From assembly GCA_036172245.1 (NCBI GenBank), contig JAYWIR010000022.1, positions 2,108,001 through 2,172,000 of the forward strand: 64,000 nt of DNA, read 5' to 3'. A model generated the notes under the pieces. That model had not been told where the DNA came from and ran no database searches. It was given only the letters and a program-made list of their open reading frames with translations. Below are positions 49,201 through 61,449 of the stretch, in pieces. The stretch comes from Raillietiella orientalis. Lineage: Eukaryota. Made by a program: the position numbers and the translations under genes. Position 1 is the first letter of the stretch. Each line of letters opens with the position of its first letter.

Positions 49201-50973
49201 GACGGGGGTGTTGGCGAGGTCCAGCATCGGCAGCTTGAGGGCCAAGTGCTCCGCGGTCAGCTGGAACCTGGGGGGAGAGGGTGTGGCGCCATCGCCGTTG
49301 GGTCTCTTCCTCCTCCCCCCCCCTTCCACCCGCGCTCACTGCTCCTTCAGCAGCTCCGTGGTCTTCAGCAGGACGGCGGCCAGCCTGGAGACACTCTCGA
49401 CGTCCGGTGGATCCTTCAGCGGTCTCGACTTGAAGTCTGGAACGGGGACGAAGGAGAATCGGGGCTCCAGCAGGTCCAACCGTGCCGCGAGCGGGCTCGG
49501 GAGCTCCTCCTGTGGTCGGTGCTCCCGGGGGGAGAAGAGGAGGCGGAGACAGCATGCCTGGCTTCGGCGAACAGCTCGCGTCCGTGGCGCTATCCCCGGC
49601 GCGAGCGGCGCTCGCACCGGTACGCGGGTGCTCATGGCGCGCAGAGGGAGCTCAGCGGCTTAGTTACACCGCTCGCCAGCAGAAAGCGCTCACGTCGCAT
49701 TGCACCCACCCGTTGCTCGTCGTCCCACCCCCTCCGGCGCGATCGGAGCAACGCGCCGAGCAATGCAAGGCCCGGGGAGGGAGGGAGGAGCTCCTCCTCC
49801 TTCCCCTCCCGCGAGTGGGGCTGTTGCACCCCGCCATACCTTCGTCCAAGAAGAGCACCGCCTTCTGGAAACTCTTGGTGATGTCTCCACGGGTGATGCA
49901 CGCCCTGGAAAGAGAGGGGGAGGGTGGTTACTCCCGGAACCAGGAAAGGGTGGGAGGAGAGGGAGAGAGGAGGCAGTAGGTCTGCACCAGGATGTCCGAG
50001 GAGGGCGAGGGCGAGCTGTGGCTGCTTCCCAGTTGGCGGAGCTCGGGGGGGGAGAGGGAAGGGGCCTCACTTCCATCTCCCCCGCCACGCCACTTCCGAT
50101 GGTTAGTGAGGAAGGCAGAACACCACCGCCATGGAGGGCGCGGCTATCCAAGATGGCGGCGGTGGGACATCCTCGAGCCTTCCCCCGGCAACGGCACCTC
50201 CCAGTCGTCCCCTCACAAGCTGGGAAAGGGCGCGGTTCCCTTGGCAGCCCCTGCGTGCGGGGAGCGGGGGGCACGCCTGCGGCTACTTACTTGGACGGCA
50301 CCTCTGGAAACGACAACAGGCACTCTTCGGGCTTTCCGTGACCTGCAAAGGGAATCGATGTCTTCGTCGAGAGTCCTCGGAGGGGCCGCGGTCCCTCGGT
50401 TCACCCGCCCCGCCCCGTGGCTCACCTCCTTCGCCTCCCAGAAATTCCCCAGTCCCGTGTTGCGTGCCGCTGCCGCCAGTCGGGGTCGGCTGAATGGTCG
50501 GCGAGTATCCCCCCGAGAACGGGGGCGGCTTGGCGTACCCCTCGTAGCCCCCGTAGGGCTTCCCGCCGCCACCGGGGTAGTAGCCTCCCCCGTGGGCAGA
50601 GGAGCCGTAGCTCTCCGACTGGTACTGGGGGGCGCCATGCTCGTAGTCCTGCCAGGAGAAGGGCGGGATCTCCTCGTCGGGCAGCGAGTAGCCCACCAGG
50701 ACGTCTTCTCCGTCGAGCCTGGGGCCCGAGGTGAGGGACGGTGCTCTCCTCCCGTGCAACCTCCCCCGGCTCACATCCCGTACTCCTCGAAGCCGCCGTG
50801 CATCCTCTGTCTCGTGGGCGACGGCGACGACTGCGACGGCTTGGAGGTGCCCTTGCCGCCTTTGCCGCCCGCGGACTCCCCCGTGGGCGGGGTGGAGGCC
50901 TTCCGGGAGACCTGCGTCGGCGGGTTCTCCAGCTGGTGGCACAGCTGGGCGACGAGCACGCAGAAGGAGAGCT
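40256..50973 (-). CDS. Animal haem peroxidase (peroxidase-cyclooxygenase superfamily; chorion peroxidase/peroxinectin-like) protein with a degenerate distal site; first exon not located
   Basis: 19 GT-AG-bounded, phase-compatible exons: 50973-50775, 50718-50426, 50342-50291, 49904-49840, 49436-49340, 49267-49076, 46536-46349, 46297-46121, 46069-45991, 45388-45264, 45206-45079, 44978-44868, 44814-44688, 42640-42513, 42462-42353, 41219-41121, 41038-40869, 40783-40675, 40442-40256 (about 878 codons). Motifs: DIDGICNN, RRLLPAAYDD, VTSTIDGSSIYG, CFQTGDVRAN, EHNRVA..NPEWDDETLFQTARRIV, TYNEFLPALLG, EFAAAAFRFGHS, GLDLVSIDIQRGRD, DIDLYTGGLAE, LKAGDRFWY, ARLLCDN. A hydrophobic signal-peptide-like stretch (LSFCVLVAQLCHQ) lies at the 5' end. 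Confidence 0.9.
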
Positions 50974-53900
50974 CTGGAAAAAAGAGGGCGCCGGCATCGG
51001 CGCCGAGGTGTCCGGGACGGACGCGGGGAGGCACGGCTGTCGCGAGCGCGGGACGCGTCCCCTTCAGGCGCGCGGCGTCCGTTGCCCGGGACAACCTGCA
51101 GGAGGGGCGCACACGCGGTGGGAGCACCGCGCAGGGCGGGGAAGCCAGAGGTCAGGGAGAGGACACTGGGAGACCGACGGGGAGGGAACTCCTCCAGTAA
51201 CCTCCTTCGGTCGACCAGCTCGCGGGCACCCGCGGCTACCTCTTCAGAGACCTCGGCGACGAGAGGTCCGCGGCCGCAAACGCGGTCCGTGGGCGGCATG
51301 ACAACCGGCGGCGAGGTTCCTGCCTCCGTCCGCGTGCGGGGATCGGGTGAAGGGTCTGGACCAAGATTCGGCTAGCATCGAGGGGTGCCCAGGCGATCCT
51401 GGACCAAAGGACACTGACTCCTCCCTCACGCGCCCTGGCGGTTCCCAAGGGATAGGAAGGAGAGGGGGGGGAGGAAGAAGTCGAGGGGACAGCTCTGGAG
51501 GGCGCGCGCGTGCGGCGTTGCCATGGAGCGCCCCGCGGGGACGGCGGACGGAGATGCCGGAAGCGGAGCCGGTCGCCGTCTCTGGAGATCTTCCCGGGCT
51601 CCCCCTCGCGAAAGAAGTGGAGAGGAATTCGTTGTCCCCCACCCTCACCCCTCCCTGGAGTTTCTCCGACGCAGCGGCGAACCCCGTGGCACTCGCGCGC
51701 CGCTTCCCCTTTTCCTCCCTTTGTTCTCCGCCTGCCATCATCTCCCACCAGTCCGGGGACCTGCGTCCACCGCCCTCGCGCGCGACCACCTCGGCGCAGA
51801 GTCAGCTTAGGGGCGCAGCGCTAGCAGAGTGCGCCATTTTACTTACTCCACGAAAAGAGCGCCATTCCTCCTCAGGGCGAGCGCGTTCCGGGCCGGAGAA
51901 CGACTGAGGTCGCAAGCGCTTCCTCCCGCGGGAAGACTCCCGAAGGCACCGTCAGCGGAAAAACCTCCGGAGCAAGCAGGCGAGCGCGCCCTCCTCCCCA
52001 TTGCCACGGAGACGCAAGCAGGAGGAGACGGGAGGGAGAGGAGGGAACAGGCGAAGAGGCGCTGCACCCATACCGATCGGGAGGCGAGGACGGGAGCGGG
52101 ACATCAGGAAGGGAAGAGAGGGCAGAGGGACGTCCTCTTCGGGAGAGCAGAGGGGATGGGCCGAGCCGACCACAGCGGCGCCAAGGGCCGATTACCGCTT
52201 TGAATGCCGGAAAAGCGGCAGGAGGAAATGGGGAACGGGAGGCAGGGGATAGCCTCAGGGCCAGGAACCACAGAGGTGGGACGGGGATGAATTAGGGGGT
52301 GCTGTTCTCTGTCGACGCGTGGATACGGTCCGTGAGCCTCCCCGAGCCCAGCTCTTCTGCGCCGGGCTGACTTCCCGGCTTTTCCCCCCAACCACGCGAA
52401 AAAAGGGGGGAGGATTGGCGCGTCCTCCCCTTCCCTGGAGTGGGAAGCGCGTGAGCGGGAAGCAGCCCGGGAGTCTGCATCCCGAGAAGGAGGCCGGTCC
52501 GCCGGAGGTCGTGTCCGTGGTAACGAGCTCCCGTCAGACCGTGGCGTCCTCCCGGAAGGTCTGCCGGAACTCGCAGAAGAGAGCCTCCTGGGACCCTTTC
52601 CATTTCTGAGGAGACCAACGTTCTTTCCCACAGCCCTATGACTGGGCCACGGTGCCCTGCTACGTGACAGCTTCCTACGGGGGCCCCGACCGGGACCGGA
52701 CGCAGCAGGAGTGGGGACGGCATCCACTTCCCACGTCCGCGGATCCCTGGGTCCCTAGAAAGAGAGAACAGTCACGACTATCCTTCTCGCGTTCCTCCCC
52801 AGCTTCCCTCTAAGAGTGAGTGAGGAGCAGGAGAGGATACCCAGCGTTCTCCCTCCCGGCGGGAGATGGCAGCACGGAGGTGTTGGAGTTCGCGACGAGA
52901 GGTGGCAGCACATCGGGAACCCAGTCCGACGCGCTCGGTGCAAGCATCCGTTGGGGGAAGGCCGACTCATCTGCTGTATTCTTTTCCATCTCTCCGTACC
53001 TTTGCCACCCCTACCACCGTTCTTTCCTCTCGGACTGATATTGGATTTTTTTTCAGGCGCTCCTTCCTTCCCTGCCAGACTGGAGGAAGGGTGGGGGAAG
53101 AGCCGCTTCTTTTTCCTCCCTTTCTCGGCTCGAACTCTCCTTAATCGAAAACCTCGTATGGTTAAAGGGGAATGGGCGGGCGGTCCCCCGGATTTCTGGA
53201 GGACCGAGATCGATCAAGCAGGAAGCAATCAGAGGAAGACGAGCAGTTCAGTATTTCCCCTCCTCTCTAGCGGAGCCTGCTGGCTCTCGCAGCACCGCCT
53301 CGCGGAAGGATCCCCCGAGAGCTCTGTTTCTCCTCCCTCCTCCGAGATGGAACCGTGAGCGCTCCTTCGAGAAAGCGAGTGGGAGGGGAAGAAGAGCCGT
53401 CTTGTGGGCTGAACCCATCGCCGTCCTGCAGATTTGCTGCATCTCGCTGCCAGGTGATTACAGAATCCTTCCTCAATCCCATCCTGCCTCGTGACTCCTG
53501 CTGTGGGGGATGACGTCACTAATGGCTGAACGCACCTATTCATTAGTGTTGTGCAAAGGATGAAGGCGATTACCGGAAAACACGCAAGCTAATTGCGATG
53601 TTCCTCGCGAGGCCCCTGGGCGGTCTCCATGCGGCAACTGCATGCCTATGTTGGATGCAGAACCCCCTTCCCCGCGCCGGAGACGTCTTCTCGCGTCATC
53701 CAGCGGGACGACTGGGAAGCGCGCGGTCATGCCGGGAGAGAACGTGTGCTTTCGGGTCGCTAACAGGAAACGCCTAAGGATCCCTTTCTTTCGCCCCCCA
53801 ATCTCACAAGCGCTCGCAAGTCCCATCGCGCACGTCATCCTTCCCGCCCACAGGAGAGCCTTGGGCCGTGCCATCTGAGATCACCTCAAGCGCCCCCCGA

Positions 53901-56282
53901 TGGCCGGACTTTTTTCTCCCAGGCGCTGCGCAAGCCCGGCCCTGGCGACTTGTGAGCGCACCTGCCCACCCACCCGCGAGCGCACCCTTCCTGCTCCCCC
54001 TCGTCCACGGCAGCAGGGCTTCCTCCGTCTTCCTCCCCACTTCCGCCTCCGCCATCTCCTTGGCTTCCGTTGGCTCCGCGGTAGCCACCTTCGCGCGTGG
54101 TCTCCGAGCTTCCCGAGCGCACCTGACGGCCGTGCAGAGCACGACGGCTGTCAGGTGGCGGCAGCCGCGGAGAGATGCCCCTGCGTGGAGGGGCAGGTCG
54201 CGAAGCCGCTGCCACGCAAGGTGGGTGCGGCTCCGGATGGGGTGGGGCGAAGCGGAGAGCGCTCTCCGAAGCGCACCGTCCGGGGCGAGCACGCGTACCA
54301 CCAAGTCATTCTTTCGGCAAGCTTCACACACACCTCTCTTCTCTTTCGTCCCCGTTCTTCGTGGGGGCAGGCACACGTCCGCAGGGGGTGGGGAAGGAAG
54401 GGTGACGTCCGGCGGCTGACCCCGGATAAGTCCCCGGAGAAGAAGCCTGGCCTGGAGCGGCGGCGGGCGAGCGATCCGGGAATGCGAACCCTCTTCCCCC
54501 TCCCCTCGAGCGCATCTCCTCGGACAGGCTTCCACCCTCGGACCTCCGCCTGGAACGAGAGATGTCGGGGAGCGCCCCCGGCACATTACGCGGATGCCAG
54601 GAGAACGGGAGACTTCCGGAAGAGCGCGCGAGGAGCGTCCAAGGTCGCCTGAGGCCTCGGGACGCACCCCGCGCGTGCTCGCAACGAGGTCACAAGGAGG
54701 AGGGGGAGAGGGGAAGGCAAGGGACTCACGTGACCCGGAGGGCAACAGTAGCCAAGGCGACCCGGTTCCAGGGGCTCGCCTCACGTGCAGGAAGAACCGC
54801 TCTTCACCCCCTCCGGCGCCGACAGCTCAGCGGAAGAGGCCCTGGCTGTCGGAGGTCCCGGTTTTTATTATTTTATTGGGCTCCTGGCGATCCACCTTTG
54901 CGCGCGGTCCCCCTCTCCGAGCCCAGCCATAAAAACCCGAGGCGATCCCCGAAGAGTGCCTCCTCGAGGGGAACGAGCAGCAGCCACCGCCACCACCACC
55001 ACGGCGCGCGTGCGTGCACGCGCGCGCCTCGCCTCATCGCGCTCACGATTGCGGCGGCGGCGGCGCGCGAGATCGAGGAGGAGGAGTAGGGGGGGGGATG
55101 GGACGGCTCTCTCCCGGGAGCGAAAGTGCAAAAGCCGCGCGCGCTCTGCTCTCCGGTCTCCTATGGCAACGGCACGGTGGTCGCACGCGGCTCCGTGTCA
55201 CCGAGCCAGCGCTGGTGTGCTCCAGAAGAGAGAATTTTTCCTTGTTTCCCATCAACCTCTGCGAGATGCCGTCTCCCGTGGGGAGGCTTCCCCGCCCGCC
55301 CGCCCGCCTGCCCTCGCGTCCCGTTTGCGAGCGACGGTGCCGGCTCTGGCGGCGGGCGAGCAGCCTGGCCAGGCGCCGCCAAGCACCGACCCGTCGATGC
55401 ACGCGCCAGCGACGCTGCGGTCCGCCTCCGCAGGCACCCTTCCCTCGGTGCCACCGCCCCCCTTTCCGGTGTGCGTCGGTCTTCCCGATGCCGTCATGAG
55501 TCTCTCGGAGCAATCCCTCGATCTCTCCCTCCCTCCCCTGCCGGCGGGGAGAGAAAGGCGGAGAGGAGGTGAGATGGAAAAAGGTGGAAGAAGCGAAGCT
55601 CTGTCCTGCGCAGATTTCGGTTCCCCGCCTCCTCCTCCCACCAAGCAGCCACCTCCAGGACAATCGAGCCGCTTGCAGTGTTTCCCCCCGGCGCGCCTGC
55701 TGCAAACGGCCGTGTTTTCCCATACCGTCGCGGGCGAACGGCCAATGGGTATCGCCTCGGTGCACCGAACTTTTATCGTGCTCCCTTTGGCGATCACTGC
55801 CATTAACGAATGATCATTACTTGATTGGGGATTCGCATGATCCTGGCCGGGCGGAGCTCGCCTATCCTTCCCCCCGCTGGCGAGGGACGCGGCTCCGGGA
55901 CGCGCCGGATTCCGCCGGCTCCCCAAGGCTTGGGGAGCTCTTTCCTGGCGGATTCGCCCGCCGCCGCCCGCCTTTTGCTGCCGATCACGTGACCAGCGGC
56001 TCTCCGACTGCGAGCGACACTTCAGGGAAAGGAACAACACCGCTGGTCGCGAGTTCTTCTCCTGCACGCGCACCTCCCTCCCCCCCCCCCTCCCCTCCCC
56101 TCCCCGACTGGTTTCCCCGATGCGCGCGCTTCGGGCGACTCGGCGGCCAGCTCGTCCGCGAGAACGCGGAAGGCTGCGTGTGCCCCACCTGAGGCTCAAA
56201 GGGTTGCCCAACGGGGCCGGAGCGGAGCAAAGTGCGCCGGAGAGAAAACGACTACCGTCGATGCGACGCAACGCAGATTCCA

Positions 56283-56322
56283 GCACGCACGCACGCACGC
56301 ACGCGCGCGCGCGCGCGCGCGC
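56283..56322. repeat. (GCAC)n(GC)n alternating purine-pyrimidine microsatellite
   Basis: Directly visible, about 520 bp downstream of the sob-like stop codon. Confidence 0.9.
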
Positions 56323-56842
56323 TCTGCGGATGCCTGGCAGTTAGGCGCGGAGCCGCGCAGCACTTATGAATTCGAATTGGCTAATTCGAGCCGACACACG
56401 TGGCGTTGGTTTCGCGTAGTATGTGTGTCAGGGAAGGGTCATTGCATGATGGACGTATGCGATGCTCCGGCGCTGCGCCTCCCCATTAGCAGGAAAATTC
56501 GGCACGACTCGTGCGCGCTCGAAGCAGAGCATTCTCTCTGCAGCAGCGTTTCCTAGCTGCGCCGCCTCCCGTTGCTACGGAGCCAGTTCTGTCGAAAAGA
56601 ATAAACGCGCCTCTCTCTCTCTCTCCTCCCCCCCCTCCTCGTATTTCTTCTTTGTTTTTTTTTTTTTCTTTCTTTCTTTCTTCCTTCCTTTCATTCTTTC
56701 TCTTCCCCCCCCCCCTCTCCCTCTCCCGTTTTCTCTCAATCGGTTTGAGCGGAACGGTGATTTTATTTCCTTCAAATCCGCGCATCCCATGACGATCTCT
56801 TCGGATTCCTGTCGAGATCCGGCACCCCCGAACAGTCATCTG

Positions 56843-59800
56843 TCACGCAGTCTGTTTCATGATTTCGGCGATGCAGAACTTGGACAGGCTGTCAGTGTCC
56901 GGGGGGCGTTCGGAGCTCTCCTCGCACTTTCCGCCGCCGCCACCTCCTTCCTTCGCAGCTTCCGCCACCGGCGGACTGTCTCCCGGCTGGGGATCGCGCG
57001 CCGACGACGACGACGCGCAGTCCGCCTCGCCCTGGAATGTCGAATCGCTTGATGTGGGGGACGCGGGGAAGGGCCGGAATAATGCTGAGCGCTGCTGAGG
57101 AGCTGTTGTCGGAACCGATGAAAGAGAAGACAGGCGCTTTTCGCCTTTCTCCCTCGCGGCCGCTGGTCCCTGATCTTCGTGCTGCCCGAAAGGTGCAGCG
57201 GAGGATTTCTTGAAGTCTTCTTGAAACGCGAGCGATTCGCTGTCGCTGCAGAACATCTCCTCCTCGGTGAGGTCCTCGACGTTTATTTCGTTGATCTCCG
57301 CCTCGCACAGGTCCTCCTCGTACTCTTTGGAACAGTCTTCTTCGGCCCCCTCGCATTTACTAGAGGATCCTCCATTGTGGGTGAGGCTATGACGTCGTAG
57401 ATCACAGTTTCTCCGAAAGACCTTTTTACAAGCATGGCACGAATAGGGTTTAATGTTGGTATGCGTAAGGAGGTGGGTCTTTAAATTAGATCTTTGGTTG
57501 AAAGAACGACCACATGTAGGGCACTTGTGAGGCGATTCTTCCATGTGTAGTATTTTATGCACCGCCAGAGTTCGCGACTGGCAAAATCCTTTTCCACATT
57601 CTGTGCACTTGAATGGCTTCTCCTTCGAGTGGATGAATCTGAAAGCAGAATCCTCGTGAAAAAAAAAAAAAACCATCAATTCGGCTGCAAAAACGGAATT
57701 TTCGAAATGTCATTCGAGAGAGGAGGAGAAAAGGAAGAAAAACAAAAAAAAAAAAAAAAAAAAGATCAGCAGAAGCGGCCGTTCATCACGGGAACTAAAA
57801 GCCGGTGGATGGTAGGAGTTTGCGCAACTCGAAAAGCGATCCTTTGATCAAGGGGAGGAATTTTACAATCAACAAGAAGAATTTTAATTTGAAGTTTTTC
57901 GGAAAGGCAGTTCGGACCTTTGGGAGGAGTCAGCGTTTCTTCTCTTTTTGTGCTGCGTGTGTCACTCTGGAAGTCTATGGAATTATGGGACCTGGGGCAG
58001 AGATCCGGACGGAAGACAAAAACGAAAACGGAGCACTATCGGCTGATGGTCTCCGGCGGTGACGCGGTGGCTTCGGCCTCAGCCGGGGCGAAGCAATCGC
58101 GTCAAAAACGGAGGAGAAGAAAAAATGGAAGATTCGCGCGCTCGTGTGCTTCGCTCGTGGTGGTGGGCACGAAACGCACCACCCCGTGCCCGAACACCGG
58201 GGTCGGCTTGGCCGGTAACCCCCGCAGGCCAGGAGACCGCGGGTGGAACGCGAATGTCCTGGGCGGGCGCCGTAGACGGGCACGGAAGCTGCCTGGGCCT
58301 CCTGGTACGTCCCACACGGATTCCACACCTCGGAAGAGAATGGGGCGAACCTCCCCCCCTTTTCCTCCCCCCCTCCCCACTCGCATTTGTTTCAATTTGT
58401 TTTTGCTGGGGATTGAGGCGGTTTCGATTTGGTAATAAACAAATTAAAATTCAATCCGAGGTTTCGAACGCGCTCAATTTTAGTTAATGAATGCAGCGTC
58501 TTCCGCCCTTCCTTTTTTCTTCCCCCTTCTCCTTTCTTCTGTTGGTGATTCGAAAAGACTGTCGGAAACGAAAGCGTTATTTGCTTTGATGCTAAGCAGG
58601 TATCCGTTCGAAAAAATTGATCTCTCGATTTCGAGACCAATTAGCCGGCCATCAAACCGACTGACCAGTGACTAATTCTTCTGACACGAATCCAAACGCT
58701 CACAGCAGTCGCGGAGACTTCTGAAGGATCCGACCGCGCCGCTAAATCTCCCTCGGTCCTGTGGCTTTCGGACGCTGTGGCCCCGCCGAGAAAGACGGAA
58801 GAACGGAAGACTCCCGGTTAATCCGAAGCAGCAGGATGGGAGGAGGGAAACCGTCGCTCGGAGCTCGGTGGAGTCTCCTTGGCAGCAGCGTCCGGGATCC
58901 GACGGAACGGAACCGCCGCCGCACCGGCCCGTGGCTACCGTTGCTTTCAGGAGCGCACAAAACTTGGCGGCGCTGAAAGATGGCGGCGATATTTCATGAC
59001 CGATCCTCGCCCTACATGCTTCTTACACGCTTTGGACCCTGGCGGAAAGCACTGGCAGAAGACACCTCGCTCGAGACCTTCCACACCCATGGCTTTTCAT
59101 CAAAATGCATCGGGAAAAAACTGATGCACCGCAAAAAAAAAAAAAAAAAAAAAACTTTCCGACCGGCGGAAAAATCACGAGCGCTTAGAACTTGAGAATC
59201 GCTGTTCGAGAGCGTCTCCGCATCCATGGAAACCGAAAAATGACTCAATTAAGCGCTGGGTTTTTGCTAAGGACAAAAAAAAAAAAAAAAAAAAAGGAAA
59301 ATTCCGAAGGAGATCATTCCTAGTGTTGCAAGCTGCACCTTTGCAAAAAAAAAAAAAAAAAATTCCTCTTCCAAGAACGCTCTTTCGTTATTTGTTGGTC
59401 TCATTTCGCGTTCATTTCCAGCGCTTTGGGCATGTTTAGAAATCTGGACTTTGGCACGCTCCTCTGCCTCTGCCCGCGATTAAGAGAGGCTGGACCATGC
59501 TGTCGGTTTGCATGTAAGCTGGCGGCAAAGGACTGGACTACCGTACGAGACTTCGCGTTACGTGGGCCGAGAGCGGTCGCGCGCCCGACCCCGGTGCGAC
59601 CCCGCCGCAAAGCGCCCGTTTCCGCCGGAACGCGCGCGTGTTCTCCCGGCTCGCACGCTGCAGCCATCACGGGAGCCGGACGGGCTACGCGACGCGTCTC
59701 CTGCCCAAGGAAAACACCAGCGCGAAACACAGGCACACTCGCCCAGCCGGTGACGTCGAGAGAAGAGGAAGACGCGCGCGTGCGCGCGAAGAAGGCGGAC

Positions 59801-61449
59801 GTCGGGGGCTCAGAAAAGCATGCGGAGTCCGGGAAGAGAGTTGGCCCGAGCCCCTCCAGATTCCCGGCGGCAGCCGTGGTGCGCAAGCGGCAGCCAATGC
59901 TGCTGCAAGACATCCCCTTCCGCTTCCCTCCCCCCTGGCCGTGATTGACGAGAGAATGCTCTCGTCGTGATGCAGCAGCAATCCTTTCCTCCCTTCATGA
60001 GCATTAGGACAGCTCCTTGTCACGAAGGTCAGTTATATTTATACGGCAGGCTCCTCCATCAGCACTGCCTGGTGGCAGATTACTTGACCCCTCTCATTCC
60101 AAAGACTCGAGACGGCGCTGTTCGCAGGGCGAAGGTGTCTGTCTCTCGCGCGGCACAGCGTGCCTCGCGTTTCGGGGACGAGACTGGAAGAAAATCCCGG
60201 TCCCCGAGCCAGCTCCCTGCCCGCGCGCGGTTTCGGGAGCTGCGCTTGTCGAAGAAGTCCGGAACGAGAGGAAGGGAAAAAACAAAAAAAAAAGGGAGTG
60301 GAGGGGGAGGGAGGGGTTGGGTGGGGAAAGCACGCTGCCCCTTTGTTCCTGCCCGAAACTCATCAGCCCCTCAGAGCCGAATTTCAGAAGGAGCTTCCGG
60401 TGGAATGGACTCTTCCAGCAACCACGTGGTCGGAGGTGCCGCCCCTGGTGACTACCACGAGCTCCAGGAGGATCGAAAGACTCCGCGGAAGGGAAGGCCC
60501 AGCAGCCTTCGAGTGTGGGTCGGGCTGGCGGCCTCGCTGCCCAGCGCCCGCTGCCGTTACCTGTGATCTCTGAGGTGATCTTGCCTTCTGAAAGCTTTTC
60601 CGCAGATGTCGCAGGTGAAGGGGCGCTCGTCCGTGTGCGTCCGCTCGTGGATCAACAGGTTGTAGGACTTGGTAAAGTGACGGTTGCAGAACTTGCAGAT
60701 GAACTGCTTCTTGGGCCTGCTGGACCTCCTGCTGCTGCACAGCTTGCGGCTGTAAGGACAATCTGCAGCCAGGGAGGCTCCAGAGTCAACGCGCCGCGCC
60801 GACCCGCGCGCGTAGGACGGAACTCACCGGCAGGGTTGGGGGCGAACGGGAACGAAAAGGGGAACGACGGGCTCGTATCCCCGGGTTTGCCATACAACAC
60901 TTCTGCAGAAGAGTACAAGAAGGCGGAAGTGCCGGGGAGCTGTTCACCGGGATCGAGGCTCCACTTGCGCGTTCCCGGAATCCCCGCCGCTCCTCCGGGG
61001 CTGCTGCTGCATTTGGAAACGCTCTCCGCCAGATGGGCGTAATCGAACTTGCTGGCACTCTGGGACCCTCCGGCTCTCTTGAAGTGCATGACGTCCCTCT
61101 GCATCACTTCGCTCAGCTTCAGGTGGTTCCACCGGAAGGCGTTCATCGTCTGCAGGCACTGCTCGCAGGAATGAAGGGAATCGCCGCCACCACATGGGGA
61201 GGTCCTGGGATTCGTGGGGAGCACGGCGCTGAAGGCTGAGGAGCTGACCGGGAAGCTCCTCATCGTGGGGTTCCCGAAGACACTGAAGGGGGAGCACGCG
61301 CCGTCCTGCAAGTAGTGGGCTCGGTTCCTGTCTGCACCCGCGACTTCCAGGGCGGGGCGGGAAAGAGGGCCAGGGCCGCCGTCGTCGTTCACCGGACGTG
61401 TGCTGCGCCAGCAGGAGGGGCCGACGAAAACGGGAGCCGTGGAAGGCAT
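56843..61449 (-). CDS. sob: Odd-skipped family C2H2 zinc-finger transcription factor with five fingers (sister-of-odd-and-bowl / bowl type)
   Basis: Exons: 61449 (or further 5')-60828, 60762-60561, 57638-56843, with GT-AG introns and compatible phases (G|AT, AG|A). The spliced protein has [10 protein letters not shown] (resembles the Osr RFDFANLA box), then [140 protein letters not shown], and a C-terminal eh1 (Groucho-binding) motif FCIAEIM. Family assignment is very strong; sob versus bowl is less sure (IKPY...HSLTH recalls sob). The start codon is unresolved. Confidence 0.92.
57841..58680. promoter_or_regulatory. Candidate intronic enhancer with TCF/Pangolin-type sites
   Basis: CCTTTGATC at 57841-57849, GCTTTGATG at 58583-58591 and CATCAAAC at 58650-58657, plus TAAT/AATTA motifs, in an intron with no recognised TE. 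Motif evidence only. Confidence 0.3.

Noticed and set aside
50070..50220. Extra Cys-containing peroxidase exon (CEGTTGRCRC...)
   Set aside because: It is phase-incompatible with its neighbours, and exon 50342-50291 splices in frame directly to 49904.
49992..51200. 402-aa plus-strand ORF and similar long ORFs over 40-51 kb
   Set aside because: Antisense shadows of the GC-rich peroxidase exons and introns.
53511..53518. TGACGTCA (CRE) as the peroxidase promoter
   Set aside because: A single 8-mer, and the first exon and transcription start were not located.
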